DNA of 63,698 bases from a bacterium (GCA_037444125.1 JBBINA010000005.1:1-63698); one strand, 5' to 3'. Positions 46,157 through 56,421 are shown, numbered from the stretch's first letter. Notes: generated by a model from the sequence alone, not told the origin. Translations and numbers: made by a program.

Positions 46157-47470
46157 ATGCCAAAATTTGCTATGGTAATAAAATTAATCTTGTTTTTTAT
46201 GCTTATTTCGGTAAGCAGAATTTTTGCTCAAGATATTTCAATTTTTACGATTTCCACAGACCTTATTGATTTGAGCAATATTTTTGCTGGAGAAAAATTT
46301 ACAAGGACTTTTAGGGTTAGTCTTGACCCTGCAGTTACAAATAAAATTCTAAATTATAAAATAATCCGTCCAACAAATAGCCCCTTCTGCAATAGCATTT
46401 TATTTAAACCGGAAGAGCAAAATGATGCCATTAATTCCAGTTTTTTAAGTGCGTCTAGCGACAGAGAAGATATTTGGGAATTAGTTATAGAAGTTCCGGA
46501 ACTTGAAAATAGTACTTTGGCCAGTAATAAGACAATGATTTCTGCCGGTAATTATGAGTGTAATATTCAGGTTGAAGCAATTTCAGTGCAAGATGAGACT
46601 AGCCAACCATCGCCGCCAAGTAATGGTAGTGGAGGTGGTAGTGCGCCAGGCAATGATGTTAACGTTCCCTCGCAGCCACAAGGTCAAAGCGGTTCTGGAG
46701 GAGGCGGTTTCTTAATAGTTTCTCAACAAACGCAACAAAAAGGCGAAGACTTTCAAACTAATGCGTTTGGTCTAGTCGTAGATAATGTTCCTCCTAAAAT
46801 CACACCCCCAACTGAAGATTTATTTCTTATTAATGAATCTTTTAAGATTAAAGAGATTGGCAGCGATTATATCATTATTATGTTTAACACATCGCTGCCT
46901 TTGTATGTAAAGGTTGTTTATGATGTGAAAAGCCATGACCCAATTGAATCCGATAAAAAAAATTATGGTTATGCCTCCTCGACGGAAGAAACAACTAGCA
47001 GTGGTTCATTTTTTGAAATAAAGTTAGTTGGTTTAAATCCCGACACTGCTTATTATTTTAGAATTGTGATGAGAAATCTTAACTTGATAAAGCCAAGCAA
47101 AGAGTTTTATGTGAAGACTTTAACCGCGAGAAAGACTCCCGAAGTAGCTAAACAAACGGTTACCGCAACAACGACGCAGCCAAGAGGTGATAAAGAAGAA
47201 GGACAAGAGCAAGAAGCTAACGGGCTAACACCAAAATTTTTCAGCTTAGCCAATCTGAAAAGTTTTTTAAGCAACTTGCCAGTGGAAATGTGGTTAATAA
47301 TAATTTTGGCTTTAATTTTGATAATAGATTATATAAGACGAAAAGTTATCCAACGGATTAAAAAATTGAAAAAGCATTCACTATTTACAAGATTAAAAAA
47401 ATACTTTATAGTGTTAATATTTCTGTTGTTAGGTAAAAAAAAGAAAAAGGGTAACAGATTTAATTCTTAA
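46157..47470 (+). CDS. Surface protein: TasA-like N-domain, G/S/P linker, Fn3-like domain, C-terminal TM anchor
   Basis: IDLSNIFAGEKFTRTFRVSL...DIWELVIEVP...YECNIQVE resembles the 43583 protein; GLNPDTAYYFRIV (Fn3); WLIIILALILIIDY then a basic tail. Confidence 0.7.
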   Translation: MPKFAMVIKLILFFMLISVSRIFAQDISIFTISTDLIDLSNIFAGEKFTRTFRVSLDPAVTNKILNYKIIRPTNSPFCNSILFKPEEQNDAINSSFLSASSDREDIWELVIEVPELENSTLASNKTMISAGNYECNIQVEAISVQDETSQPSPPSNGSGGGSAPGNDVNVPSQPQGQSGSGGGGFLIVSQQTQQKGEDFQTNAFGLVVDNVPPKITPPTEDLFLINESFKIKEIGSDYIIIMFNTSLPLYVKVVYDVKSHDPIESDKKNYGYASSTEETTSSGSFFEIKLVGLNPDTAYYFRIVMRNLNLIKPSKEFYVKTLTARKTPEVAKQTVTATTTQPRGDKEEGQEQEANGLTPKFFSLANLKSFLSNLPVEMWLIIILALILIIDYIRRKVIQRIKKLKKHSLFTRLKKYFIVLIFLLLGKKKKKGNRFNS

Positions 47471-47478
47471 AAATTATT

Positions 47479-48525
47479 ATGTTAAATAAAGCCAAAAAAC
47501 TTTCTATTTTATTAAGTTTTTTAGCTATTTCTGTTGGGATAGGGTTATCTTTTAAAAGTTTAGTCGGGGCGCAAGATAAGCTAACTATCGAGCAATTTCT
47601 TGTGCGCGAAACTGAAGCAGGTGCTTTGAGTGGGATTTCTCTTGAATTTATTGTTAAAGCTTGCGATAAACGCGATTCTTCGATTGCAGCAACATTAAAT
47701 TATGGCGATGGCTCAATCGATACATTTAGTATTCGTTGTGGTGAAAGTATATCTAAAATTCATACCTATAACTCTAGCGGTCGTAATATTATTACTCTTA
47801 AGGTTAAGAATGCCTTTGGAGAGGAGTTGAGGCGACAACTTGAGGTTGATGTTAGAAACTTTCCGCCGGTTATTCGCGAATTTGGATTAAATCCATTGAG
47901 CAATTTGGCGGCTAATCAAATGGTGTTGTTTGATATTTCTGTTTGCGATTCGGCTAAAGACGTTATAAAAGCGCGGTTGTTGCCGGGTGACGGTCGGGAA
48001 ATAGTTATTGATCCTAGCTGTGGTTTAAGCACTTACTCGGTTATTTATACTGCCAATGGCACTTATACAGCTAAAATTATAGCTGAAGACTCTAATAACC
48101 AAAGAAGCGAAAAATCGTTGAATGTGACTATTGGCGGAGTGGCTACAACCATTCCTATTATTCCGCCAGCGCCATCTGATTTAAGGAGAAAATTAGTGCG
48201 CACCAATGAAAATGGCCCAATTTATTATATAACTGAAATATTAAGAAAAAGAAAAATACCTAATATGGATGTTTTTCATTCTTATGGTAATAAACTTTCT
48301 GATGTTATCTTAATTTCGGAGTCAACTTTGCAATTATTTCCTGATGTTAAATTAATTCATTTAGATAATGAAATGCCTTTTCGCGTTTTTTTGTTAGAAA
48401 ACAATGTTAAACGGTGGATTACCACTTTTGAAGCCTTAAAGCGTTTAGGTATGGAAAATGAACCAGTAGCGCCGGTAAACTTAACTGAGTTTATTACCTA
48501 TCCAACCGGACAACCTATTTTTTGA
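47479..48525 (+). CDS. Secreted protein with two PKD-like domains and a C-terminal surface repeat domain
   Basis: LNYGDGS...HTYNSSG and LLPGDGR...YTANGTYTA (PKD); IYYIT...KRKIPNMDVFHSYG and VFLLENNVKRWITT..YPTG repeats. Confidence 0.75.
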   Translation: MLNKAKKLSILLSFLAISVGIGLSFKSLVGAQDKLTIEQFLVRETEAGALSGISLEFIVKACDKRDSSIAATLNYGDGSIDTFSIRCGESISKIHTYNSSGRNIITLKVKNAFGEELRRQLEVDVRNFPPVIREFGLNPLSNLAANQMVLFDISVCDSAKDVIKARLLPGDGREIVIDPSCGLSTYSVIYTANGTYTAKIIAEDSNNQRSEKSLNVTIGGVATTIPIIPPAPSDLRRKLVRTNENGPIYYITEILRKRKIPNMDVFHSYGNKLSDVILISESTLQLFPDVKLIHLDNEMPFRVFLLENNVKRWITTFEALKRLGMENEPVAPVNLTEFITYPTGQPIF

Positions 48526-48606
48526 GGTTTTAAATTGAGATTGAATTAGTGCTGTCTTTTTGATAAAATAAGTTTAATAACTTTTATAATTATTAATTTT
48601 AGGTCA

Positions 48607-51291
48607 ATGGATCTAAATCGTTTTACTACAAAATCCCGTGAAGCCATAGAGGAAGCACAAAGACTTTTGCAACAAAAGAACCAGCAGCAGCTTGATGTGT
48701 TGCATTTATTTTATGTACTGCTTAAGGATGAGACCTCAATTGTCGTTACTATTTTGGAAAGATTTGGGTTTGATATTCCGTCTTTACGCGATAAACTTTA
48801 TCAAGAATTGGAAAGGGTGCCGGTTTTTTATGGCGAGTATTCATTTGGTCAAGTTTATATTACCCCTGAACTCAATCGAGTGTTAAATCGTGCGATGGAG
48901 GAATCTAGAAAAATGCAAGATGAGTTTATATCAGTTGAACATATACTTTTAGCTATTATAGATACACCTTCTCGCGCTCGCGAAATAATGTATGAAGTTT
49001 GGCAATTACAAATGTCTTACACTTCCCAAGCCGACGAACGCCTTATGCCTAATTATGAAAATATTCTTAAAATTTTAAAGGAAATTAGAGGCTCTCATCG
49101 CGTAACAGATCCTGAACCTGAAACTAGCTATCAGGCTTTGCAAACCTACGGCAAGAATCTTACGCAAATGGCGCGAAATGGCCAGCTTGATCCAGTTATT
49201 GGTCGCGAGAACGAGATAAGACGGATTATGGAAGTTTTAGTAAGGAGGAAAAAAAACAATCCGGTTTTAATTGGCGAAGCTGGTGTTGGTAAAACCGCCA
49301 TTGTCGAGGGACTTGCTCAAAGAATAGCAATGAAAGAGTGTCCAGAAATTTTAAGAGAAAAAGAGATAGTTCAACTTGATCTGCCTTTGCTTATTGCTGG
49401 CACTAAATATCGTGGAGAGTTTGAAAAAAGGCTTAAGGCTGTAATCAAAGAAATAGAGGAGTCGAAGGGAAGAGTGATATTATTTATTGACGAATTGCAT
49501 ACAATTGTTGGAGCAGGTGCTGCTGAAGGAGCGGTTGATGCTTCTAATATTTTAAAACCGCCATTAGCTCGCGGAGATATTCATGCTATTGGAGCAACCA
49601 CCTTGAAAGAATATCAAAAATACATTGAAAAAGACCCGGCTTTTGAAAGGCGCTTTCAACCTATTTATGTTAAACAACCTTCTATTGAGGATACCGTTTC
49701 GATTTTAAGAGGCATTAAAGAAAAATACGAACTTCACCATGGCGTTAGAATTCAAGATAAAGCGCTAATTGCCGCAGCGGAACTAGCTTCTCGTTATATT
49801 CAAGATAGATTTCTACCGGATAAAGCAATTGATTTAATTGATGAGGCGTCTTCTTCGTTGCGACTTGATATTGATAGCTCGCCTGAAGATATAGAAAATT
49901 TGAGGCGCGAGTTACTTAAATACGAAATTGAAAAAAGAGCTTTAGAAAAGGAAACCGATAAAGAATCAAAAGAAAGAATGAAGAAAATTATCGCTAAACT
50001 TAACGAATTAAAAGAGGAATATAATAAACGTTATGCTATTTGGGATCAGGAAAAAAAGACTATTATGCGCATGCGTGATTTAAAAAAAGAAATGGAAAAA
50101 CTTAATCTTGAGGCTGATATTAACCAAAGAATTGGTAATTTTGAAAAAGTTGCTGAAATAAGATATTTAAAGATTCCGAGATTAGAAAAGGAATTTGCTG
50201 CCGTCACAAAAGAACTAAAAAAGTCAGAAAAAAAGAATCCAATATTAAAACAAGAAATTACTGAAGAAGATGTGGCTAAAGTTGTTAGTCGTATTACGGG
50301 CATACCAGTGGCAAAAATGCTTGAGGATGAAAAAAACAAATTATTAACAATGGAAGACGAAATAGGGAAAAGAATAGTTGATCAGAAGGAAGCCATAAAA
50401 ACAATTTCCAACGCTATCAGACGAAACCGAGCTGGCTTGACGCCGCCAAATAGACCATTAGGCACTTTTTTGTTTATTGGACCAACTGGAGTAGGAAAAA
50501 CAGAGTTGGTTAAGGCATTGGCAGAATTTATGTTTAATGATGAAAATGCCTTGATTCGTATTGATATGTCTGAATATATGGAAAGGCATTCCGTTTCAAA
50601 ATTGGTGGGGGCGCCTCCTGGTTATGTTGGTTTTGAAGAAGGAGGTTATTTAACCGAACAAGTGAGGCGTCGCCCTTATTCCATTATTTTATTTGATGAG
50701 ATTGAAAAAGGTGCGCCTGATGTGTTTAATCTATTTCTTCAGATTTTTGATGAAGGTCGTTTGACCGATTCCAAAGGACGCACAGTTAATTTTAAAAACA
50801 CAATTATTATTATGACTTCAAATTTAGGCAACGATGTTATTAAGGAGTTCAAGCCAATAGGTTTTGACCCTGAACATCAAGAAATAGATGACAAAGAACG
50901 TTATGTTTTGATGAAAGAAAATATTCAAGCTAAAATAAAAGAATTCTTTAAGCCAGAATTTATTAACCGTATTGACGAGATAGTTGTGTTTAATTATCTA
51001 TCTAAAGACGATTTAAAACAAATAGTGGAGCTTGAAATTAAAAAAATTGAAAAAGATCTAAACAAAAAAGGTATAACTATAAATGTTTCTGATACTCTTA
51101 AAGAGCATTTAGCTCGGGAGGGATTTTCGCCTGAATATGGAGCTAGGCCATTAAAGCGGCTTATACAAAAAGAAATTTTGGATAAATTAGCAATAAAACT
51201 TATCGAAGAAAAAATTAAAAAAGGCGAGAAAATACTTCTGGATTTTTCTAAAGACAAAAAAGAAGTGCTTATAGGTGCTAAAAAAAGTTAA
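48607..51291 (+). CDS. clpB: ATP-dependent chaperone ClpB
   Basis: Two AAA+ modules ([16 protein letters not shown]), M-domain coiled coil, GAPPGYVG and YGARPLKR. Confidence 0.96.
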   Translation: MDLNRFTTKSREAIEEAQRLLQQKNQQQLDVLHLFYVLLKDETSIVVTILERFGFDIPSLRDKLYQELERVPVFYGEYSFGQVYITPELNRVLNRAMEESRKMQDEFISVEHILLAIIDTPSRAREIMYEVWQLQMSYTSQADERLMPNYENILKILKEIRGSHRVTDPEPETSYQALQTYGKNLTQMARNGQLDPVIGRENEIRRIMEVLVRRKKNNPVLIGEAGVGKTAIVEGLAQRIAMKECPEILREKEIVQLDLPLLIAGTKYRGEFEKRLKAVIKEIEESKGRVILFIDELHTIVGAGAAEGAVDASNILKPPLARGDIHAIGATTLKEYQKYIEKDPAFERRFQPIYVKQPSIEDTVSILRGIKEKYELHHGVRIQDKALIAAAELASRYIQDRFLPDKAIDLIDEASSSLRLDIDSSPEDIENLRRELLKYEIEKRALEKETDKESKERMKKIIAKLNELKEEYNKRYAIWDQEKKTIMRMRDLKKEMEKLNLEADINQRIGNFEKVAEIRYLKIPRLEKEFAAVTKELKKSEKKNPILKQEITEEDVAKVVSRITGIPVAKMLEDEKNKLLTMEDEIGKRIVDQKEAIKTISNAIRRNRAGLTPPNRPLGTFLFIGPTGVGKTELVKALAEFMFNDENALIRIDMSEYMERHSVSKLVGAPPGYVGFEEGGYLTEQVRRRPYSIILFDEIEKGAPDVFNLFLQIFDEGRLTDSKGRTVNFKNTIIIMTSNLGNDVIKEFKPIGFDPEHQEIDDKERYVLMKENIQAKIKEFFKPEFINRIDEIVVFNYLSKDDLKQIVELEIKKIEKDLNKKGITINVSDTLKEHLAREGFSPEYGARPLKRLIQKEILDKLAIKLIEEKIKKGEKILLDFSKDKKEVLIGAKKS

Positions 51292-51897
51292 TTACAAATG
51301 TTCAGGATGATTTGGTTGATGTTCTGACTGCGTCTGTTGACGATGTAGTTTGATATATTCATCGTAAATAGCCAAAATGTCGGTTTTGGCTTTATATGGA
51401 TTAGGAATGTTTCTGAAAACAAAAGTTTCATTGGTACCGGCTGTTTGAACTGATAAGTTGCCGTAATTTAACATAGTTGGAATAAATCCAGCTACTATTA
51501 CATTTATATTTTGAATTTTTGATATTTTAAATTCAGAGAAATCTCTAACGAATAAACCTTTTTGCTCAATATCGATTATACGATCATTTGTCACTAGCCA
51601 GGTGTCAAGCCAATAATCGACAAAACCTATGCAAAATGAAATGAATAAAATAAGGATAATAACTGAGGAAAAAAACAAAGCAAGCATTTTATATTCATAA
51701 TTAGGCGACTTAAAAAAAAATACTAACGCGCTAGCTATAGTTATAATAATTGCTGTGCCGAAAGAAATAATCTCCAGAAATAATATAAACCAATGCCGTC
51801 TATATGTATTTATTATTTTTTCTCCTGGATTTAGGGCAATCATTTTTGATGATAAGTTATTAAAGAAGTTTAATGGCAATTGATTCCCAGGGGACAA
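51292..51897 (-). CDS. Membrane protein with a bacterial PH (bPH_2-like) domain
   Basis: Two TM helices, then VTNDRIIDIEQKGLF...ISKIQNI...NYGNLSVQTAG. Confidence 0.8.
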   Translation of the reverse strand: MSPGNQLPLNFFNNLSSKMIALNPGEKIINTYRRHWFILFLEIISFGTAIIITIASALVFFFKSPNYEYKMLALFFSSVIILILFISFCIGFVDYWLDTWLVTNDRIIDIEQKGLFVRDFSEFKISKIQNINVIVAGFIPTMLNYGNLSVQTAGTNETFVFRNIPNPYKAKTDILAIYDEYIKLHRQQTQSEHQPNHPEHL

Positions 51898-52081
51898 GAA
51901 TAAACAATACGAAACTAATGATTATTAATACAATAGCAGTAATATTAATAGATTTGGTAATTTTATTATCAAGTTTAGGGTTAATGCCAAATTTATTAAT
52001 ATGATAATTAATAAAATAAAGACTAATTCCCGTAAAAAGACAAATAAAGAAGTAAATTGAAACGGCTATAATTCTAAACAT
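51860..52081 (-). CDS. Small two-TM membrane protein
   Basis: Two hydrophobic helices; overlaps the start of the PH-domain gene. Confidence 0.6.
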   Translation of the reverse strand: MFRIIAVSIYFFICLFTGISLYFINYHINKFGINPKLDNKITKSINITAIVLIIISFVLFILVPWESIAIKLL

Positions 52082-52210
52082 ATATTTTATAATATTATAA
52101 TTATCTGCATTATTTTAATCTGTAAAAATAAATATACAAGTATTATTGACAAAAATGCTATAAATATTTTAAAATAATAACAGTACGTTATATCACTTTA
52201 GGAGGTAATT

Positions 52211-53662
52211 ATGCGACATAAAGCTATTTTATGTCTTTTTATATTGTTGTTAACTTTTGTTTCTGATGGTTTTCTCCTTGGTATTGAAAAAGGGACGTCT
52301 ACCTTAATACTAGTCAACGGCGATATTGGTTTGCAAGAACCTTTCGTTTCGCGGTTAGTTTTTCTGTTGGCTTCAAGATTTAACGAAACATCAGTTATTG
52401 TTCATCTGGATAAATTTTCCCAAAGTGTTTTAGATTTAATGGCATATAATCGAATTATTTATTATGGATTGGATTATAGAGTCAGTAGCTTGTCAATGGA
52501 TTTAGTCAATAAAATTAACGCTTGGCTAAAAGGCGGTAGTAGCAAGATATTTTTATGGATAGGTTACAATGGCCATAGGTTTGATTTTGAACAGTGGGGT
52601 TTTACTGTTGAAGAAGAAAATAAAATGCATACCGGAAGACTTTATTATTATGGAAGAGATGATAGGTTGATTGTTTTTAAGATTGGGAATCCGGATGTGT
52701 TTTTTGTCAATATTTTAAATCCCGAACAAGTAAAAGTGGAAGCATTAATTGAGACAAATGACGGCATTAAGCCGATAATTGTCAGGGGAAGAGCCTTAAA
52801 TGATTCTTGGGGTCGGGTTATATATATAGGATATCACCCAACTGCCTATGTTGATAAATTATCTGGCCTTATTCCATTCACCGATTTACTTCATGAAGTT
52901 TATGTTTACCCTCATAATAAGAAACTGCTTTTCCTTAGATTGGAAGATTGGCATCCTTTAAGTGATAACAGCAAATTTAAGTCAGTTGTTGATTATTTAG
53001 TAAATCAAAAATTTTACTATACGCTTTCGCTTATTCCTGCGTATGCGCAGGGGGATAAAATATTGGAAACTATCAGGACTGAAAATATAAAAGAAAATCT
53101 TTATCATCTTTTAAAAGCGCCTTATGCTTCGGTAGTTATTCACGGTTATACTCACCAATTAAACGGCACAACCGCCATTGATTATGAATTTTATGATGAA
53201 AAAAAAGATGTTTATTTAAGCGTTGAACAGACAAGAAAAAGGGTTGAAAAAGCGATTGAGCTTGTTTTTGGGGCTAATCTAGCTGGATTTATCGCTGGTT
53301 GGGAAACACCGCATTACAAAGCAAGTCCTGAAGCGTATCAAAAAGTATTTGAGAAAGAGTTTACGTTTATTTTTGAAGATTGTCATCAAGATAGCCTTTG
53401 CTGGTACTTGCCATATTATTTAAAAATAAACAAAACAGGATATCTTAATACTATACTAGGATATGTTAGGCAGCCCTTAGAAGAGATTATAAATGAAATT
53501 ATCGTCTATGCCGAAATACTTTCAAATTTGAGATATGCAGTTGAAATTGGCTTATTTTATCATCCGGATGTGTTTGGCTTGGATTATTTACCGCAACTTA
53601 TAGAAGCACTAAAGACTCAAGGATGGGAGTCAATTAGCCTTTTTACGCTCCTAAATTATTGA
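52211..53662 (+). CDS. Secreted DUF2334-family polysaccharide deacetylase-like protein
   Basis: LRLEDWHP, IHGYTHQ, YEF, WETPHY and FYHP motifs; signal peptide; GGAGG RBS. Confidence 0.82.
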   Translation: MRHKAILCLFILLLTFVSDGFLLGIEKGTSTLILVNGDIGLQEPFVSRLVFLLASRFNETSVIVHLDKFSQSVLDLMAYNRIIYYGLDYRVSSLSMDLVNKINAWLKGGSSKIFLWIGYNGHRFDFEQWGFTVEEENKMHTGRLYYYGRDDRLIVFKIGNPDVFFVNILNPEQVKVEALIETNDGIKPIIVRGRALNDSWGRVIYIGYHPTAYVDKLSGLIPFTDLLHEVYVYPHNKKLLFLRLEDWHPLSDNSKFKSVVDYLVNQKFYYTLSLIPAYAQGDKILETIRTENIKENLYHLLKAPYASVVIHGYTHQLNGTTAIDYEFYDEKKDVYLSVEQTRKRVEKAIELVFGANLAGFIAGWETPHYKASPEAYQKVFEKEFTFIFEDCHQDSLCWYLPYYLKINKTGYLNTILGYVRQPLEEIINEIIVYAEILSNLRYAVEIGLFYHPDVFGLDYLPQLIEALKTQGWESISLFTLLNY

Positions 53663-53689
53663 AAATGGCGAGAGTAACTCTCGCCATTT
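53663..53689. terminator. Bidirectional terminator between convergent genes
   Basis: AAATGGCGAGAG-taa-CTCTCGCCATTT perfect 12-bp stem. Confidence 0.75.
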
Positions 53690-53692
53690 GAA

Positions 53693-54787
53693 TTATTGAC
53701 ACAAAAGCATTCTGGCTTCATTTTCTGCTTTCTTGTTAAGAGGGCTATATCGGGTAAAACCTGTTTCAACCGGCACTTGATTATACTGAGCCACAAAAAT
53801 ACTGTATCCTTTGATAAAGTCTCTTACGTTCCATACTAAACGTAATGCTTGATAGGCCCGGTATTGTTCTTCTTCGTCTTCTTCGGTGGCTAAAAGAAAA
53901 TTCCAAGGATATATGGCTGTTTCGTCTTTACTTTGATAGCCGGTTTCCCAAAATATAATTGGTTTATTGTATTTATGATAGAACTTGGTTATATCATTGA
54001 CAATATTTTGATTATGCCGGTCCTTAAACCAACCGTTAATCAATTGATATGTTAGGGCTTCAGAATTGTCTGTGATTTCAAAATATGAATTAAGGCCAAT
54101 GTAATCTACGCTGTCCCACGGAAAATTATCACGTGCGCGCTTATAATTCTTTTCATTCCACCACCAGTTGGTTTGATAGCTAATTTTGCCACTAAAGACT
54201 TGTTTCACTGATGAGATTAAGTTATTCCATAAATCTTTGTATTCCGGTTTTTCCATTGAAATAAGTTCGGCTCCAACTAAAAATACATTGACTATACCTG
54301 ACTCTTGTGCTATTTGAGCAAAGTACAATAAGGAATTTTTGTAGTTATCAAACCATAAAGCCGGGTTTGACGGTTGTATTTCTCCTGCCCAAGGCGCCAT
54401 TTTCTCATAATTTTCTGGATCTACCAAAAGCGTCGGCAAAATATCAATTTTAAGATTGTATTTGCGCGCTACTTTGAATATTGTTTGAAGAACCTCTTTT
54501 GAGACGGTGCGTTTGTCAATATGTGGTTCGTTTGAAGCAAGATTTTCCTGGTAAATATTAACTGGGATTAAAAGCCGATTTAAACACTGTAATTTTGTAA
54601 CCAAAATTCTGATTTCCTTATTGATTTGCTCTTCGTTGCCACTGCCATAGTTCCAAAATTCATAATCAGCATAGCGGATGCTCCTTGCTTCTAGAGTAGC
54701 TAATGTCGCGGCGGTAAATTTAAAACTAAAAACTGACAAAGTCAGGACGACGAGCGCAACTGCATAGAATTTCCGCTTAAGTTTCAT
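53693..54787 (-). CDS. Secreted GH113-like (clan A TIM-barrel) glycoside hydrolase
   Basis: Signal peptide; WFDNYK, VGAELISME (acid/base Glu), DSVDYIGLNSYF and IIFWETGY (nucleophile Glu); AAGGAGG RBS. Confidence 0.75.
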   Translation of the reverse strand: MKLKRKFYAVALVVLTLSVFSFKFTAATLATLEARSIRYADYEFWNYGSGNEEQINKEIRILVTKLQCLNRLLIPVNIYQENLASNEPHIDKRTVSKEVLQTIFKVARKYNLKIDILPTLLVDPENYEKMAPWAGEIQPSNPALWFDNYKNSLLYFAQIAQESGIVNVFLVGAELISMEKPEYKDLWNNLISSVKQVFSGKISYQTNWWWNEKNYKRARDNFPWDSVDYIGLNSYFEITDNSEALTYQLINGWFKDRHNQNIVNDITKFYHKYNKPIIFWETGYQSKDETAIYPWNFLLATEEDEEEQYRAYQALRLVWNVRDFIKGYSIFVAQYNQVPVETGFTRYSPLNKKAENEARMLLCQ

Positions 54788-54793
54788 TTTTTT

Positions 54794-56146
54794 TCAACCT
54801 CCTTGGTAAGTTGATGGGGCAGGAATAGCGCTATAACGTTCAGTTTTAGCCCAGACAACGTTTTCATTTCTTAATTCCGAAAGACAACCTTTTAAAACCG
54901 GCCAAAACCAATGGTAGCTGTAGAAAGGAGTTAATAAGCCTACCAATATTGTTTCTTTTAATGTATAACCGCCAGTTTTCATACCTACAAAGACTAAGGG
55001 TAAAAAACTAAAAGAATTTAACAACATTAGCCAGTAAGGAAAACTATTTTGAATATATACATCAAAATATTTTCCTAAGAAAATAAGCGGTAAACCAATA
55101 ATAATGGTTGCGCCTACTATAATTGGTATTGTCCAGAAAGTCAAGTAATAAAAGATTGTCACTTTTTTGGAAAAGGACATTGGACTAGAGTAGAATTCAG
55201 GATTTAAGATAAACTGTCTAAATGCTTGAATTGTTCCGCGCGCCCATCTTTTGCGCTGTCTAAAAAGTGCCTTTATTGTTTCTACACCTTCTTGAAAAAC
55301 TGCATAATTGGAAAAGCCGATTTTTGCTCCAAGCATATGGAGTCTAATTGAAATATCCAGATCTTCTGTTAGTGCGTTTTTATGCCAGAAATAACCGTTT
55401 TTTTTATAAAGTTCTAATAATTTTTTGAAGGTTATAAACTGGGCATTGCCTCCAAGAAACACAGTGCCGTCTAAATATTCTCTTACCCTTTGAACTAGTT
55501 TGGAAAATGCCAGAAATTCAGTGTCTTGAAATTTGGTTAACATAAGATGGTTATTTTTTATTCGGACAGCGCATTGTACAGCGTCGCAATTTTCTTCATT
55601 GAACTTACGCAATACATCAACGAATAATTCTGAACTGTATTCAGCGTCTGCGTCAGAAACACCTATAACCCAGTTTTTTGGTTGTCGCCATAGCAAGAAA
55701 TTTCTTAAAAATTTCGCCCCTTCATTTAGCGTTTCAGCTTTGCCTTTGCGCGAATTACTACCCTTTCTTTCGACTAAATGTATTTTTTGCGGAAATTCAG
55801 ACATTAAAGCTTTGATTATTCTATCAGTGCCATCAGTGCTATTGTCATTGATAATCAATATATCGCATTCAATATTTAATTTTTTATCGCTAGTTGATTT
55901 CAAGATTGACCTTACAGTGTTTTTTAAAACTTTTTGTTCATTGTAAGCCGGTATCATCATTGTAAGATGAGTAATTTTTCTTTCTTTAGTGCTGAATTCA
56001 ATTTTTTTATCTACTTTTCCTTTAATTAACTGTTTTAGTCTTATGAAGTTGTAAACAGCTATGATAAATAAATTTGGAATCGTACAATAAACAATAAAAA
56101 ACCAAGTCAACCAATCAGTTGAAATAATCATAAAATAGTCCTCCAT
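54794..56146 (-). CDS. Processive GT2 glycosyltransferase (cellulose-synthase-like); alternative start 56131
   Basis: PAYNE, NDNSTD, GKA, DAD, TED and QRKRW (D,D,D,QxxRW); one N-terminal and several C-terminal TM helices. Confidence 0.88.
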   Translation of the reverse strand: MEDYFMIISTDWLTWFFIVYCTIPNLFIIAVYNFIRLKQLIKGKVDKKIEFSTKERKITHLTMMIPAYNEQKVLKNTVRSILKSTSDKKLNIECDILIINDNSTDGTDRIIKALMSEFPQKIHLVERKGSNSRKGKAETLNEGAKFLRNFLLWRQPKNWVIGVSDADAEYSSELFVDVLRKFNEENCDAVQCAVRIKNNHLMLTKFQDTEFLAFSKLVQRVREYLDGTVFLGGNAQFITFKKLLELYKKNGYFWHKNALTEDLDISIRLHMLGAKIGFSNYAVFQEGVETIKALFRQRKRWARGTIQAFRQFILNPEFYSSPMSFSKKVTIFYYLTFWTIPIIVGATIIIGLPLIFLGKYFDVYIQNSFPYWLMLLNSFSFLPLVFVGMKTGGYTLKETILVGLLTPFYSYHWFWPVLKGCLSELRNENVVWAKTERYSAIPAPSTYQGG

Positions 56147-56169
56147 TAGATTGTTAGGGTACTTGCAAT

Positions 56170-56198
56170 ATTCTAAGATAAAAATATTCTTATGTCAA
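56170..56198 (-). promoter_or_regulatory. Sigma70-type promoter for GT2-GH113
   Basis: TTGACA-17 bp-TAGAAT on the minus strand. Confidence 0.7.
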
Positions 56199-56250
56199 TA
56201 ATTTATAAATTAAAAAAAGTTTGAAGTTTACAATATAGAAATTGAAATAA

Positions 56251-56279
56251 TTGCAAAATAAGAAACTTGTCGTTATAAT
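56251..56279 (+). promoter_or_regulatory. Sigma70-type promoter for tRNA-His
   Basis: TTGCAA-17 bp-TATAAT. Confidence 0.65.
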
Positions 56280-56307
56280 GAATATTAAAGTTCAAATATT
56301 AAAAAAT

Positions 56308-56379
56308 GGTGGCTGTGGTGTAACGGCAGCACTAGGGCCTGTGGAGCCTTCAGAGCGGGTTCGAGTCCCGTCAGCCACC
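56308..56379 (+). tRNA. tRNA-His(GTG) with encoded G-1 and C73; CCA not fully encoded
   Basis: G-GTGGCTG/CAGCCAC-C acceptor stem, AGGGC-CTGTGGA-GCCTT anticodon arm. Confidence 0.95.
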
Positions 56380-56388
56380 CAAAATAGA

Positions 56389-56413
56389 AAGCTCCGGTTT
56401 AAAGCCGGAGCTT
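56389..56413. terminator. Bidirectional terminator between tRNA-His and the PKD gene
   Basis: AAGCTCCGGTTT / AAAGCCGGAGCTT inverted repeat. Confidence 0.7.
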
Positions 56414-56421
56414 GATTGAAC

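Noticed and set aside
52211-56379. Polysaccharide module as an island integrated at tRNA-His
   Set aside because: It lies on the 5' side of the tRNA, and I found no duplicated tRNA end or integrase.
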